From a virus (taxonomy: Duplodnaviria; Caudoviricetes): DNA of 64,000 nt. Shown here in pieces: positions 10,291 to 21,042 of this stretch. Position numbers and translations under genes: made by a program. Positions within the stretch are counted from its first letter, which is position 1. Every line of letters begins with the position of its first letter. The notes under the pieces were generated by a model. It did no database searches, was not told the DNA's origin, and worked only from the letters and a program-made list of their open reading frames with translations. The DNA is taken from positions 32,001-96,000 of the IMG/VR virus record IMGVR_UViG_3300010262_000138; one strand, written 5' to 3'.

Positions 10291-10785
10291 TTAGTCAACC
10301 CGGATCACAAAGAACTCTTTGGACCCAACGGTTTCCTTAGCGATAATCTTGCCAATCTGAGTGGAACCAGAGGTAAGGGTGGAAACCACCTTCAGCTTGG
10401 TATCAGCCTGTGCCTCAACAATGGAGTTGACTGCGGGAGTACCGGTAAAAGCTTCAGCAGTCACGCTAAACACGTCGCCATGATCAAGAATATAGCCGCG
10501 AATCGCCTTGCCAGCCTCATTAGTAAAATCATCAAGATTGCGTTTGCGTTCATCCGCCATAACCTCGGGGGTAGCGACCAAAATAACGGTCCCGATCTTA
10601 GAGGTCGCTGCGGGCTTGACGGCCTTATAAATTTCACGTTCGCCGTCCATCAGAGAGTCCAGAACAGCGATATTGCCATTCTCAATTGCAGTAGCGGCGT
10701 CCGAAACAAAATACTTAGCAGAAACGAGCTTGGACGGGACAACAGTACCGGCCAGATTGTCAGTGCGCACAACAGCGTATGCCAT
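10291..10785 (-). CDS. Capsid decoration/stabilising protein
   Basis: 164 aa, AGGAGG SD, IENG motif, immediately upstream of MCP. Confidence 0.65.
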   Translation of the reverse strand: MAYAVVRTDNLAGTVVPSKLVSAKYFVSDAATAIENGNIAVLDSLMDGEREIYKAVKPAATSKIGTVILVATPEVMADERKRNLDDFTNEAGKAIRGYILDHGDVFSVTAEAFTGTPAVNSIVEAQADTKLKVVSTLTSGSTQIGKIIAKETVGSKEFFVIRVD

Positions 10786-10821
10786 AATTAAAATTCCTCC
10801 TGATAATTCAATGTTTTTTGT

Positions 10822-12357
10822 TTATTTACGGCCATATTTAGAAAACAGCTCTCCATAACCCGTCTTGTCGGCCACCTCCGGCTCATCCTTCAAGGGGATT
10901 TTTACCGAGGTTTTCTTCGGGGCATAAGAGAACTGTTTTCCAACCGAGGCAACCTTGCCTCTGATTGCATAACACTCCTTGCGGAGATCTTCGATCTTTT
11001 CAAAGCTATAGGCAGATTCTTTCAGGGTTGCGAACTCCTCGTTACCGTTCAGATCCTCAAATTCGGCCAAAACCTCATCTGCCTCAGCTTCGTGATTTGC
11101 TTTGACGACTTCATTCTTGAAAGCTCTTAGTTCTTCTACCTCAGACTCGGGAGTAGAATAATCCTTCTTGTAGTCGGAAAACTCCTTTTCAAGAGCTTCA
11201 AAGGTATCGCGCGACTGATCGAGCTTCGCGCTCTCCTCAAGAGTCAGCCAGCGATTCACCATCTCCTCAAACTCTCCGGTGATATTCGCACTCAAAACCC
11301 CAGCGTCATCAGTTTTGAACGTATAAGTAAAGCGCCCCATCTTGGACTCATAGTTATCAGCGGTCCAAGTAGAGCGTTCCACATATACAAATTCATCATC
11401 AAAGTCATCAACCCAGTAATAGGTTTCAGACACAACGTTACCCATTGCGTCCCTAACCACCTCGCTTGTCAAAGCGTTGCACAGGGCGTCTCTCTTTTTC
11501 CGATACGAAGCTGAAAAGCTCTCGGGGACACTGGGAGTTTTAATCATATCCTCAATAGCAGACCTGAACTGCTCCTCGGTCATATCCTCGGTCAGCTCAA
11601 ATTTGACATCTTCGGACTTAAGATTATATTCACCCAGAATTTTTTCTCTCTGTTCAGCAGTCAAACTTTCTTTCCCTCCTTTAAAACAAAAAACAGCGGG
11701 CTCCTGCGCCGCAAATTCCTTCAGCTCCTTGAGCATCAGAGTAAATTGCTGGCGATAATCAGAAACCGCTGTATCCGACTTCATTTGCACGCTTGCACTT
11801 TCAAAGCAGGGAGTAACACTGCTTCCAAGAATGCAAAGCGCCTCAAAGTCCATACTTTCAATCACACAATATCCATCGCTGTCAATGATATAGCTGTTTA
11901 CGCCAATCTCCATTGACTGGCTCCATTGGTCCTGAGAGGCCAGACATTCGTAACCGTACTGACGTTTCCACAAGATAGCATCGCAGAACAGATATTCGTT
12001 CTCGGTCCCGTCTTTTTCGGTTACAGTCTTCCACTCAAAGCGGCTGCTTTCCGGAACCACACCATACGGTACGGTTGCCGCGACGACCTCATATCCACCG
12101 TCATTGTTTTTCACAACCCTGATATCATGAGATCCAAAGTCATTATTTTCGGCATCGTACCGCCCAACAAGAGGACAATTCATCAAAGAGGGAAGAGCCG
12201 CCTCAAAAACCTCTTTTGAAATAGAACTCATGTTTCTGTTTCTTCCCGCATAGGCAATTGCTACGCGGGCTGCCGCAAAGGAAGGATTAAGATCTTTGAT
12301 CTCTTCAAATTTGAGAGAAAATGAAATGCCGATTGTTTTCTTTTCCATATTGTTCAC
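10822..12357 (-). CDS. Prohead protease/scaffold protein
   Basis: N-terminal protease-like motifs (NRNMS, QSMEI, ALCILG..PCFESA), acidic coiled-coil C-terminus. Confidence 0.75.
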   Translation of the reverse strand: MNNMEKKTIGISFSLKFEEIKDLNPSFAAARVAIAYAGRNRNMSSISKEVFEAALPSLMNCPLVGRYDAENNDFGSHDIRVVKNNDGGYEVVAATVPYGVVPESSRFEWKTVTEKDGTENEYLFCDAILWKRQYGYECLASQDQWSQSMEIGVNSYIIDSDGYCVIESMDFEALCILGSSVTPCFESASVQMKSDTAVSDYRQQFTLMLKELKEFAAQEPAVFCFKGGKESLTAEQREKILGEYNLKSEDVKFELTEDMTEEQFRSAIEDMIKTPSVPESFSASYRKKRDALCNALTSEVVRDAMGNVVSETYYWVDDFDDEFVYVERSTWTADNYESKMGRFTYTFKTDDAGVLSANITGEFEEMVNRWLTLEESAKLDQSRDTFEALEKEFSDYKKDYSTPESEVEELRAFKNEVVKANHEAEADEVLAEFEDLNGNEEFATLKESAYSFEKIEDLRKECYAIRGKVASVGKQFSYAPKKTSVKIPLKDEPEVADKTGYGELFSKYGRK

Positions 12358-12372
12358 CTCCTCCTTTGCAGC

Positions 12373-12654
12373 TTAAAACGTCATGCGAAAACGGTCTGAT
12401 ACTTTGCATAGCCCCTTTTTCGCGGCGTTATCTATATCAAAACAAAGACGCCCGGATTTTTCATAAGGAAAAAACCAGACGTTGCCTTGTTCGATATTAA
12501 ATTGAGTTTGAATCTCTTTCAGACCGGATGCTCTCAGTTTATCTGCAAGCTCCCGGTCAAAAACCTGTAGTGTCTGCACACTAAAACTCCTATCTGTTGG
12601 CGTTGCTGTCATCGCCCCTTGTCTGTTCTCCTGACTCGCTGAGGTCCTCTTCAT
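12373..12654 (-). CDS. Small hypothetical protein
   Basis: ORF between portal and protease; real start probably GTG after AGGAG near 12579. Confidence 0.45.
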   Translation of the reverse strand: MKRTSASQENRQGAMTATPTDRSFSVQTLQVFDRELADKLRASGLKEIQTQFNIEQGNVWFFPYEKSGRLCFDIDNAAKKGLCKVSDRFRMTF

Positions 12655-14068
12655 TTGACTGCGGACGCCCCGAGCTTGACTGAGTATAAGAGCTTGACAG
12701 CGGAGTAAGATTACCCATATTGAGCATGTTCATCTCAACAAAATCCATACCAATAATGTCGATTGGTGTAAGACCAAGCACAGCGGCCCAAGAAGATTTA
12801 ACGGGAATCCCCATTGAACTGGCCTCTTTATAGTAAGAGATCCAGTCTGCTTTATTAAATGTAGTAACCGGAAGAATACTCAGCTTAAACTTTTGCGTCC
12901 CGGATAAAGACTTCAAAATTCTATTGACCAGTCGTTCGCACTGAATTCCCAGCCCCAGAATGATATTTTCATCAGCGGTGACGGACAGTTTAAGAGCGCC
13001 TGCGGTATTGTTGCTCGAAGATCCAAAAAGAAGCGGAGAGGTCCCGCCCTCTTTCCAAAACTGTTCCTCAGACATCGAAACGGTGTCTACTCCGTTTAGG
13101 TTCCCGCTCTTTTCAAAGTTAAACAATTCCGCCTTCATGGGAGCCATAAAAGCTCCAATGTACGGAGGCAGTGCAGCTACCATCATCTGATAATACTCGG
13201 TAGCCAAATTCCAATCGAATTTTGGGGTCCCATCATCGTTTAGTGGGATCTGAAGCCCAATTGCTTTGTAATTGGAGATAGTCTCCTTTGTCTCTTGAAG
13301 CGCCTTAAAGGTCTCAATATCATAAAGCATCGGAAGGGTAGAGGCCCAAGGGGGAATACTGTACTGCGAGGTAGTTTCATCCGCCTTTAAACAAAATGAA
13401 ATGCTTTCAGGTATTTCCTGCCATTTAATTCCCGTACTTAGATATGTGTTTCTCAGCGTTGTAAACTCGGGCGGATATAAAAATAGATCTGATTCTTTTA
13501 TCTGTGAAAAGTCAACCGCATAGTTCCATGTCCCATCAATAACGGAAGATAGCTTACAGATATCAGGGTTAATTCTTTGTACGAAGAATGAATTCGTTCC
13601 GCTCCAGATTACGCCATAAATAACTCCTTCACGCAATGCAATAATAGAGGCTTTCTGCATTTCGTGTTTCAGGTTCATCGTCTCAACCTGATGCGCCGCC
13701 TTTAAGTATGCCTTACGAAAAGCGTCTTCTTTCATTTTGGTGGGATCAAACCCCAACGGAGAAATCGTATGGGCCCACAAATGCATCTGGGCATAATACA
13801 AAATCAACCTGCGATATTGGCTTGATGCATCATACATATAAATTGACGCATTACGGATGTTCTTCTCGTTGCTTTTCGGAGACTGCATGTAGGTTAAAAT
13901 TTGCTCTTTCGTATATCTCGTATACGTTACTGACGAAGATGCGTTCTTCGACAGATCAACAAGGTTTTGCCTTTGCATCTGAGCAAACTTTATTGCAAAC
14001 TCATAAGCTCTTTTACGGTTTTCCAGCTCAATATCGGTTTTGTTCTTTATTTCTTCTATCTTTCTCAC
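12590..14068 (-). CDS. Portal protein
   Basis: ~490 aa right after terminase; C-terminal PLSSSYTQS..GRP tail typical of SPbeta-like portals. Confidence 0.8.
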   Translation of the reverse strand: MRKIEEIKNKTDIELENRKRAYEFAIKFAQMQRQNLVDLSKNASSSVTYTRYTKEQILTYMQSPKSNEKNIRNASIYMYDASSQYRRLILYYAQMHLWAHTISPLGFDPTKMKEDAFRKAYLKAAHQVETMNLKHEMQKASIIALREGVIYGVIWSGTNSFFVQRINPDICKLSSVIDGTWNYAVDFSQIKESDLFLYPPEFTTLRNTYLSTGIKWQEIPESISFCLKADETTSQYSIPPWASTLPMLYDIETFKALQETKETISNYKAIGLQIPLNDDGTPKFDWNLATEYYQMMVAALPPYIGAFMAPMKAELFNFEKSGNLNGVDTVSMSEEQFWKEGGTSPLLFGSSSNNTAGALKLSVTADENIILGLGIQCERLVNRILKSLSGTQKFKLSILPVTTFNKADWISYYKEASSMGIPVKSSWAAVLGLTPIDIIGMDFVEMNMLNMGNLTPLSSSYTQSSSGRPQSNEEDLSESGEQTRGDDSNANR

Positions 14069-15906
14069 CTGCCAATCATCCTAGGGGGTCTAAAGGAAAA
14101 CATGTTTGCGGTCAATGGTTGTGCGTTATTCTTAAAAATCTGCCCGCGTCTAAGCTGCGCCAAATACCAACACAACAAACCATATACAAAAACTCTATCA
14201 TCGTGCATGGTATTGCGCTTATCAGGCGGGTAGTTATATGTGACGTTGCCACCGTTTGTGTACTTGCACATAGTAACAATTTCGTTTTTCATCAACTCAA
14301 TTTGGGACAATGCAACCTGTTCATCATAACTGAGGTCATAACGCTCTTCTGTACCGTCATCCAGTATTTTGATGAGGTAATCCTTGCCTTCATAATCAGC
14401 GGGGAGCGTTACAACGCCAAGTTTTGTCATGCGCTCCGCAGCATCAAAGATTTCATTTCTATGACCGCGAGGATCAATGAGTTTGATAATATCCACAGCG
14501 TTTGGGAACTTTTTAAGGGCGGTTTCGTTTGCTTTATGGGCTCTGTCAATCAAGCCTTTATGGACATTGCCATCCTTCCCGACCCAATCATCCAACAGAT
14601 AGTCTGTAACGCCGCCGATCATCTGTCCTCCGGCGCCGGCATCACAAACAATCGCTTTAATGTTCTCGTAATCGAGCTTCATCTTATCGGAACCGTTATA
14701 CAACAAAAGCAGGTCTTGAAAGCTCTTGACCTGCTCGGGCAGACGCATCGGCGTCTTCTTTTTAGATGTAATATCAACCAAGCTGACGACGTTGCAGATA
14801 TCCATACACCATCCGCGTATTGGATCCAGGTTAAGCTCTGCAATACCGATTACGGAGTTATCGTTGATTCTGGCCGAGTCCCATGCCATTACAAACAGGT
14901 GAGATCCAGTGTCATTACAGAGCAGGGGAGGGCGGATAACAGAACACTGCATCAAATCGCGCCTTGTCAGTATCTGTCCCTCGTGGCTGTCTGCGGAGAA
15001 CTTATTATACAGTTCTCTTAAAGCCTTATCCCGGTTATCAGCCATTGCCTTCTCAACCTTATCCTTACTGATCAAAGGAGGGTATGGCTCACCTTTAAAT
15101 TTTGCAGACATCACCATGTCAATATCGATGTTGCAGGCAAAATATTTTGAGTCACCCATCAGCATACGCTCAGAAAAGAAACGAAATTTCTTATAGAACT
15201 CCGAGCTGGTATCAGAAGCGGATGAAGCATAAAGAAGCTGCCTTGAAAAACCCTTTGGCTCCAAGGCGACATTGATATTTCCGCCCAGCTTAAAATTTTC
15301 GTCCTGGTTGACAAACTGCTCTGCCTGAATAAACAGTTCGTCATTAAACCATCCCGCTTCGTCAAAGCAGACGAGGTTTGCACGCTTACCTTTAATATTA
15401 GTAATGTCGCTGTTGAGGGTATTTACGGTTGATCCATTAAAAAGCTTAAAAGAAAATGAGGTCGGGTCATGGTTAAACCCGTCCCCGTTTGGACCTCCGC
15501 GCACAATTTCCTCAAAGAAAACATCCGTACTCCCTACAAAAGATTCAATTTCCTTTTTTGAAATTTTCTCAATTTTAGCAAATACTTCCTTAGCCTGAGC
15601 ACCCGTATTTCCCAAGAAATAGGTAGCATGGAAAGGGACCAGCAAACTGCGCAGCATCGTATAGATAGCCAGCTTGGTTGTTTTTCCCGCGTTTCGTGAC
15701 TCAAGCCATAACGCAAAATCAACAGGCCAAGTGTTCTGAATAACATATGACTGCAAATCCAGCATGTCAATTCCCATAAACCGGGATGCAAAGGCAACCG
15801 GATTTCGTCGCCCCCACTGGATTACATTACAATACTTCTCATATGTCTCAAGCTTTCTTTGGGAGATTTCCTTTTTACCGGAGCGTTTTTGAATGGTAAT
15901 ACTCAA
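14065..15906 (-). CDS. Terminase large subunit
   Basis: Walker A SRNAGKT, GKRAN..FDEAG Walker B, ASSA, nuclease WDSAR..D and HDDR motifs. Confidence 0.92.
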   Translation of the reverse strand: MSITIQKRSGKKEISQRKLETYEKYCNVIQWGRRNPVAFASRFMGIDMLDLQSYVIQNTWPVDFALWLESRNAGKTTKLAIYTMLRSLLVPFHATYFLGNTGAQAKEVFAKIEKISKKEIESFVGSTDVFFEEIVRGGPNGDGFNHDPTSFSFKLFNGSTVNTLNSDITNIKGKRANLVCFDEAGWFNDELFIQAEQFVNQDENFKLGGNINVALEPKGFSRQLLYASSASDTSSEFYKKFRFFSERMLMGDSKYFACNIDIDMVMSAKFKGEPYPPLISKDKVEKAMADNRDKALRELYNKFSADSHEGQILTRRDLMQCSVIRPPLLCNDTGSHLFVMAWDSARINDNSVIGIAELNLDPIRGWCMDICNVVSLVDITSKKKTPMRLPEQVKSFQDLLLLYNGSDKMKLDYENIKAIVCDAGAGGQMIGGVTDYLLDDWVGKDGNVHKGLIDRAHKANETALKKFPNAVDIIKLIDPRGHRNEIFDAAERMTKLGVVTLPADYEGKDYLIKILDDGTEERYDLSYDEQVALSQIELMKNEIVTMCKYTNGGNVTYNYPPDKRNTMHDDRVFVYGLLCWYLAQLRRGQIFKNNAQPLTANMFSFRPPRMIGR

Positions 15907-17042
15907 GGCTTACCACGCCCCTTAGCCTGAGCCTCTTGCAGCTCAATTTTTGTCATACGGAGCTCTTCCTGCAGTTTCTCACAATCTTCCTGCTGTTTAC
16001 GGATTATTTCAGACTGTTCCCCCACCATACGGGCGTATTCGTCAGAAGTAAATCCCAGCTCTGCAATTAAGGCGCGGGCATTTTGCTCCGCCACCTCTTT
16101 ATAAGAGGCAGAAAGTTTGGCGTCAACAGAATTGACCTTTATATCCTCAAAGCCGTTGTCGGCCATCTCGCGCATGATGTAGGTAAGGGCTGTGGTGTTA
16201 CGAACACCGGCTCCGCCGCTTTTTACGGTCAAACCATTATCGTTTGCCATTTTACTGATATTTGTAATCAGCCTGTCCTTAATTTTACTATACTTCTCTA
16301 CCTCGGTATAATCGGTTTGGGTTTTTCTCATTTCCCGGTTAACCGCTCTGTCAATCTGTTCCTGTTGAAGCATCGTCTTCACCATCATAATGGCGCTTTG
16401 CAGTTTATGAGGATCTTCAATTACTTCATCAGTCAGATAGTCAGCAAGAGTATTGTATAGAAACTTACGGTTTTCAGTCGTATAGCTCTCATCATCAAAG
16501 CAGTCATATCCAACCGTCTGAATGACGTATCCCTTATTTTTGCGGTCTGCCGCAGCCCACCTGGTTTCTTTCTCATCACGCAGGATGTTTTCGTCGGTTA
16601 AAACGCTGTTCCCCTTCAAAAGTTCCACGAGAAAAGGGTAGAAGGTCTTGCTTTTTTCCTGCGTGAGATTCAATTGCCTGATATAAGCGCCGAGAGACAC
16701 ATCCCCTTTATCCCGGCAATTTATATAAATCTTTTCAGAAAAGTAGAGGTCAAGTGCGCAGCACGTCAAGATCAGAGCCGTCTTTTCATCCTTAAATCGG
16801 AATTTCTGCTCCTCAAAGAATTTGTTCGCGCAGTCGCTGCACATGTGTGTGTAACCCTCGTTGCCAATATACATATCTGAACGCTTTGACGAATAGAATA
16901 CTCCCGTTGGATTATCCACTATCCTTCCGCACTTCGTACATTTATACAGCGGCGGCAGAGTAGTCGCGTCAAACTTAGGCTCTTTCATCTTTGGCCTGTT
17001 TTTTGAACCCGGTGGTCTTCCTCTTGATGCCATACTTAACAC
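15903..17042 (-). CDS. Putative terminase small subunit (AT-hook + Zn finger)
   Basis: RGRPPGSKN, CxxC...CxxC, coiled-coil end; directly upstream of TerL. Confidence 0.55.
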   Translation of the reverse strand: MLSMASRGRPPGSKNRPKMKEPKFDATTLPPLYKCTKCGRIVDNPTGVFYSSKRSDMYIGNEGYTHMCSDCANKFFEEQKFRFKDEKTALILTCCALDLYFSEKIYINCRDKGDVSLGAYIRQLNLTQEKSKTFYPFLVELLKGNSVLTDENILRDEKETRWAAADRKNKGYVIQTVGYDCFDDESYTTENRKFLYNTLADYLTDEVIEDPHKLQSAIMMVKTMLQQEQIDRAVNREMRKTQTDYTEVEKYSKIKDRLITNISKMANDNGLTVKSGGAGVRNTTALTYIMREMADNGFEDIKVNSVDAKLSASYKEVAEQNARALIAELGFTSDEYARMVGEQSEIIRKQQEDCEKLQEELRMTKIELQEAQAKGRGKP

Positions 17043-17107
17043 CTCCTTGCATTTTTTTCACACAAAAAAAATAAAAGCCCTCCTGTTGAGGAGGGCAAAA
17101 TTGACAG

Positions 17108-17692
17108 CTATTTATGACCGAATTGTATAAGATTTACTATCTCTTCATTTGTCCAAATTTGATTATCAAATATTTCATAGGATTCGTTGCGCTTCTTAAA
17201 TATCCTGACCGGAGTATCTGTTGTATTGTCATAGATATTTAATCTGTCGCACACCTTCATTAAACGAGGTATCATAGAGATGGCTTTATAATAGCGAGAA
17301 ACAATTTTATCATTAGGAACGTCATGACCACCGTTTGCAACACGATCTTTTACGCGCAAAATATTGATGGATGGATCATAGGTCAAAATGAATGCGCAAC
17401 GAATAAAGTACCCGGATTTTTTCGCACGTTCTAACAATAGCAGGTTTCTATCTGTAGAAAGCACTGTCTCAAACGTAAAAGATATTTTCTGATCAACCGC
17501 TAAATCTCTCATCGCCGTTGCAATCTGTGCTGCCTCAATATTTGAAATATTACGAGATTTTTGTATATCGTCCGCATTGATATAAGGGAGTATAATATCT
17601 TCGTCAGATGCAATTGTACTTTTTCCAGACCCATTTGGTCCGGCATAAACACGAATCTCAGGATTTTTACTTAACATACTCCACACGTCCAT
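17108..17692 (-). CDS. Zeta-toxin-like P-loop kinase/ATPase
   Basis: AGPNGSGKST, INADDI, FETVLS, RV..GGHDVP, YDN motifs. Confidence 0.8.
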   Translation of the reverse strand: MDVWSMLSKNPEIRVYAGPNGSGKSTIASDEDIILPYINADDIQKSRNISNIEAAQIATAMRDLAVDQKISFTFETVLSTDRNLLLLERAKKSGYFIRCAFILTYDPSINILRVKDRVANGGHDVPNDKIVSRYYKAISMIPRLMKVCDRLNIYDNTTDTPVRIFKKRNESYEIFDNQIWTNEEIVNLIQFGHK

Positions 17693-18002
17693 CCGGATAT
17701 TCCCAATAAGGCTGTTTGCGAACTAAGTCATATCTGGCAACAGGGAGACCTTTTTCAAATTTGTCTGCAATTGCATCGCTGACAGCTTTCTTTATAGCAA
17801 CATCATCCCGCATATCGCGTATGGACGGCCTTCTTTTATGTGAAATGTTAATGATAGATCCATCTTCCATGGTAATTGATGTGCGATACTTTCTAATTTC
17901 TCTTTTTTTGATAATTGCCACAAACACACCCCCTGCTATTACGAGCAATGATATTAAAGACTTACTCAATTTCATTTTATCACCCATTACAGTATAATTC
18001 AA
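17667..18002 (-). CDS. Small partner (putative antitoxin) of zeta-like gene
   Basis: Overlaps kinase gene; C-terminal GLPVARYD...YWEYPDGR motif; N-terminal hydrophobic segment. Confidence 0.55.
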   Translation of the reverse strand: MNYTVMGDKMKLSKSLISLLVIAGGVFVAIIKKREIRKYRTSITMEDGSIINISHKRRPSIRDMRDDVAIKKAVSDAIADKFEKGLPVARYDLVRKQPYWEYPDGRVEYVK

Positions 18003-18062
18003 GTTTAGCAGGAGATATACACGAATTTAGACGACAGGCAAATTTAATACGTTACGTAGATG

Positions 18063-19229
18063 TTATTCTAATATAACATTATACGCGCAATCTACTCCGT
18101 TTTCATTCACCACAAGCACAGTCTGTTCCGGCTTATTGCGCAATCTATGATCCATGCAGTAGTCGTCAGGTCCGGATACGCACCCTGATTCATATACTCT
18201 TGTATCATAAACCGTCCGCATCCCATTGGTATGGCGGTGCCCTGCAAGAACGATATCAGGCTTCATATGCATAAACATAGTCAGCTTCTGGACAACGGTT
18301 TCCATATTATCCTTGTCCCCATGCACCCCGAAAACTTTCTGTCCCCGAACGCTGAACATTGCCACGCTTTCTTCGACGCCATGTTCGTGAACAAACACAT
18401 TGCTATAATTCGCAAGCCTTGCCGTAAGAAAGAAGGGAACTAGAACGTCAAGATTTTCACCCTTTAGATTATCATCCTTTTTGGGGATAACCCGTCCGTG
18501 ATTACCCGGAACCGAATAAACATGAACGACGTTAAACATGCCGCTGATACACTCAACAAATTTGCTGACCGCCATTGAAACAGTCTTTACCTGTTGGGCA
18601 ACATTCATGTTGTTTTCCAGCCGCGTCGCAGTGTGTATCAATCCGGAAACTAAGTCCCCGCCCAAAAGCAGATAACATCCCTCAGAACAGTGGCGCTGGC
18701 GGATTTCGTCAATTCTCTCAAGGTACTGATTCAGCCGGCGATACATTACTTCCTCGTTATACTCATTAAAAAAGTTTTTAGTGTCAAGACCGGCATGTAA
18801 ATCAGTCAAATGCACAATCAGGTCGTTGTCAGAAATCTCAGTATCTCTGGGCGTATATCCCACTGCAGGCTCTACATTCCACGCAATCACTTCTTTGATT
18901 GTATCAAGCAGAGTGTCCCTACGGGCAAGCTCACGCTGAATACGGGCAAGCTCGCTACGTTCATCGCGCATTCTGATTACGGCTTTCTGTGCCTCCAACT
19001 TCTGCACGTGATAGGTATCCGCAGCGTCTTCTGCTTCCGGGCGTCGTACAAACCCGGCCTCGTCGAATTCATAGAGAAGGGGAGACGCCCTTCGTATTGT
19101 GTTTTTATCGCATGGTTCACCGGTTGCCTTCTCTACATAATCCGCAACGTCGCTCCATTCGATTTCGTCATCTGTTTTGCGCCGCCGCAGAAGGTCAAGC
19201 AGACCAGAATAATAACTCGTATCTCTCAT
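18063..19229 (-). CDS. Calcineurin-like metallophosphoesterase
   Basis: DLHAG, GGDLV, PGNHGR, HGD, GHRH motifs. Confidence 0.85.
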   Translation of the reverse strand: MRDTSYYSGLLDLLRRRKTDDEIEWSDVADYVEKATGEPCDKNTIRRASPLLYEFDEAGFVRRPEAEDAADTYHVQKLEAQKAVIRMRDERSELARIQRELARRDTLLDTIKEVIAWNVEPAVGYTPRDTEISDNDLIVHLTDLHAGLDTKNFFNEYNEEVMYRRLNQYLERIDEIRQRHCSEGCYLLLGGDLVSGLIHTATRLENNMNVAQQVKTVSMAVSKFVECISGMFNVVHVYSVPGNHGRVIPKKDDNLKGENLDVLVPFFLTARLANYSNVFVHEHGVEESVAMFSVRGQKVFGVHGDKDNMETVVQKLTMFMHMKPDIVLAGHRHTNGMRTVYDTRVYESGCVSGPDDYCMDHRLRNKPEQTVLVVNENGVDCAYNVILE

Positions 19230-19287
19230 ATTATCTCCGTAACAAAAAAAAGGACCGGATTTATCCGGTCCTTTATCCTATCCTACA

Positions 19288-19584
19288 TTACTTTTCCAAA
19301 AGATCCTTATTAGGCTTAAAAATGACCTGAACGTGAGCCGGCTTTACGGTCCTTTTACCATTCAGACCTGACACATAGGTACGCTCTTTGATTTTAGCAA
19401 GGGTGAACCGGCCAAAGCCGTACAGATTCACATCGTTACCGGTCTGAAGCTGTTCTTTCAGCAACTCGCAGAATGCTGCGATGGTTTCTTTGCTCTTCTT
19501 CTTAGTAATTCCAGTCTTCTCAGCAAAAAGCTCTGTCAGTTCTTCTTTGAAGATGGTAGGGTTATTGTAACTGATAATAATCAC
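19288..19584 (-). CDS. hup: HU family DNA-binding protein
   Basis: KEEL..AEKTG..KK, VNLYGFGRF, VIFKP signature. Confidence 0.85.
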   Translation of the reverse strand: MIIISYNNPTIFKEELTELFAEKTGITKKKSKETIAAFCELLKEQLQTGNDVNLYGFGRFTLAKIKERTYVSGLNGKRTVKPAHVQVIFKPNKDLLEK

Positions 19585-19586
19585 TC

Positions 19587-20294
19587 CTAAAATTCTAGTT
19601 CATCCGCGTGACTGGAAATCCAGCCGCGATGGTTTGTTGTTAAAGCACATATTGCGACTCTGTTATCGCCCTCAAAGTGGCGGACGTATCTTACAAAGCC
19701 GCTTGCCTCTTTGTTTTCAAGATCGCATTGCCCGTCATGACCAATGCAGATCAGCTTACAGGAATCTGAAATTCTGGTAATTGCCTTCTTAAGATTGGGA
19801 CCTGTGAAGTTCTGACACTCATCAATGATTACAACCTTATTATGAAAGTTGGTGCCTCGTATAAAACTCTCGGTCAGCAGCTTAACGATGCCTTCTCCCG
19901 TTTTCTGGTTGACCATAGAAGCGTCGCATACATCTCTCTGCGGATTCATTTTACACTCAATCATTGCCTGATAGAATGGCTCAAAGTATACTTCGCTTTT
20001 AGCGGTAATATCTCCGGGAAGAAACCCCTGTCTTCCTTCGTTGCAGGCGCTGACCAGTCCGATAATTCCATCATACAAGCCATGCCTGACCAGCAGGTTC
20101 GCCGCGCCCATTGCAACGGTCGTTTTACCGGTGCCCGCACAAGAGTTCGCAAAAATAACCAGCTTCTGAGGATCAAGAATTGCTTCTGCAAAAACCTTTT
20201 GTTCAGGATCAAGCGTCATGCCATAAAAGGGATGACCGTCAAGAGAGGTGGGGCATGGCTCAGAGTAATCCTCGGCAATACGCCTCTTTGCCAT
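19587..20294 (-). CDS. phoH: PhoH family ATPase
   Basis: AGTGKT, GFLPG, FIRGTNF, IIDECQN, GHDGQCD. Confidence 0.9.
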   Translation of the reverse strand: MAKRRIAEDYSEPCPTSLDGHPFYGMTLDPEQKVFAEAILDPQKLVIFANSCAGTGKTTVAMGAANLLVRHGLYDGIIGLVSACNEGRQGFLPGDITAKSEVYFEPFYQAMIECKMNPQRDVCDASMVNQKTGEGIVKLLTESFIRGTNFHNKVVIIDECQNFTGPNLKKAITRISDSCKLICIGHDGQCDLENKEASGFVRYVRHFEGDNRVAICALTTNHRGWISSHADELEF

Positions 20295-20923
20295 CAGCGC
20301 CCACCTCCAAAAATATCCGCGATGCTGGTTATAATTCCGTCAATGAATCCATACTCAAGAGCTTCCTGAGCAGTAATGTACCAGTCCTTGTCCTTCTGGC
20401 GCCGGTAAGTCTTTACATCAACCTTCGTCTTTGCCATAAGGTAGTCATGTGAAAACCTTTCCAGAGCCTTAAAGTGACTGGCGGCACACTCTACCTGGCT
20501 CATCGTCCCCTCAATACCTCCAGAACCTGAATGCCACATAAAGGTACTGTGTTCAAGAGCGTATCTCTTATGTCCGGCAAGCATAATCGCACATCCTGCG
20601 CTGGCCGCAAGCCCCATATTATATGTATAGATCGGAGTTTCACTGGCTTGAATGATATCGATCAAGTGCCACATAGCGTATTCATCCCCGCCGGGACTAA
20701 AAATCATAAGGCGAATGGGCTCTCGCTTTTCTTTCTCAATTCCACGATCCGCGTCCTCATAGTTCCACAAAAGAATTCGTTTCCCAATTTCAGTCAGGCT
20801 TGAACTCACCTCAAAATCAAGCCATATGGTTCTACGGTCTGCCTGCTCATAATAGTTAAGAACTTCTGGCTCAGGCAGTTTCAGATTTCCAACACTCTCT
20901 GGGATATTAACGTCTAAAACCAT
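20294..20923 (-). CDS. clpP: ClpP-like protease subunit
   Basis: SPGG, GLAASAG (catalytic Ser), MWH (His), DWYITAQEALEYGFID. Confidence 0.88.
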   Translation of the reverse strand: MVLDVNIPESVGNLKLPEPEVLNYYEQADRRTIWLDFEVSSSLTEIGKRILLWNYEDADRGIEKEKREPIRLMIFSPGGDEYAMWHLIDIIQASETPIYTYNMGLAASAGCAIMLAGHKRYALEHSTFMWHSGSGGIEGTMSQVECAASHFKALERFSHDYLMAKTKVDVKTYRRQKDKDWYITAQEALEYGFIDGIITSIADIFGGGR

Positions 20924-21042
20924 ATTTTGTCCTCACAAAACTACTGTATTTAGAGGGGAAGTCCCTCATCATACGAAATATTTTGTGCAATTTATACAAA
21001 ACATGTAGACATGCCCTGAAGATACAGAGATATTACCGACTA

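Noticed and set aside
13708-15021. 437-aa plus-strand ORF
   Set aside because: Antisense shadow of terminase/portal; no SD or recognisable motifs
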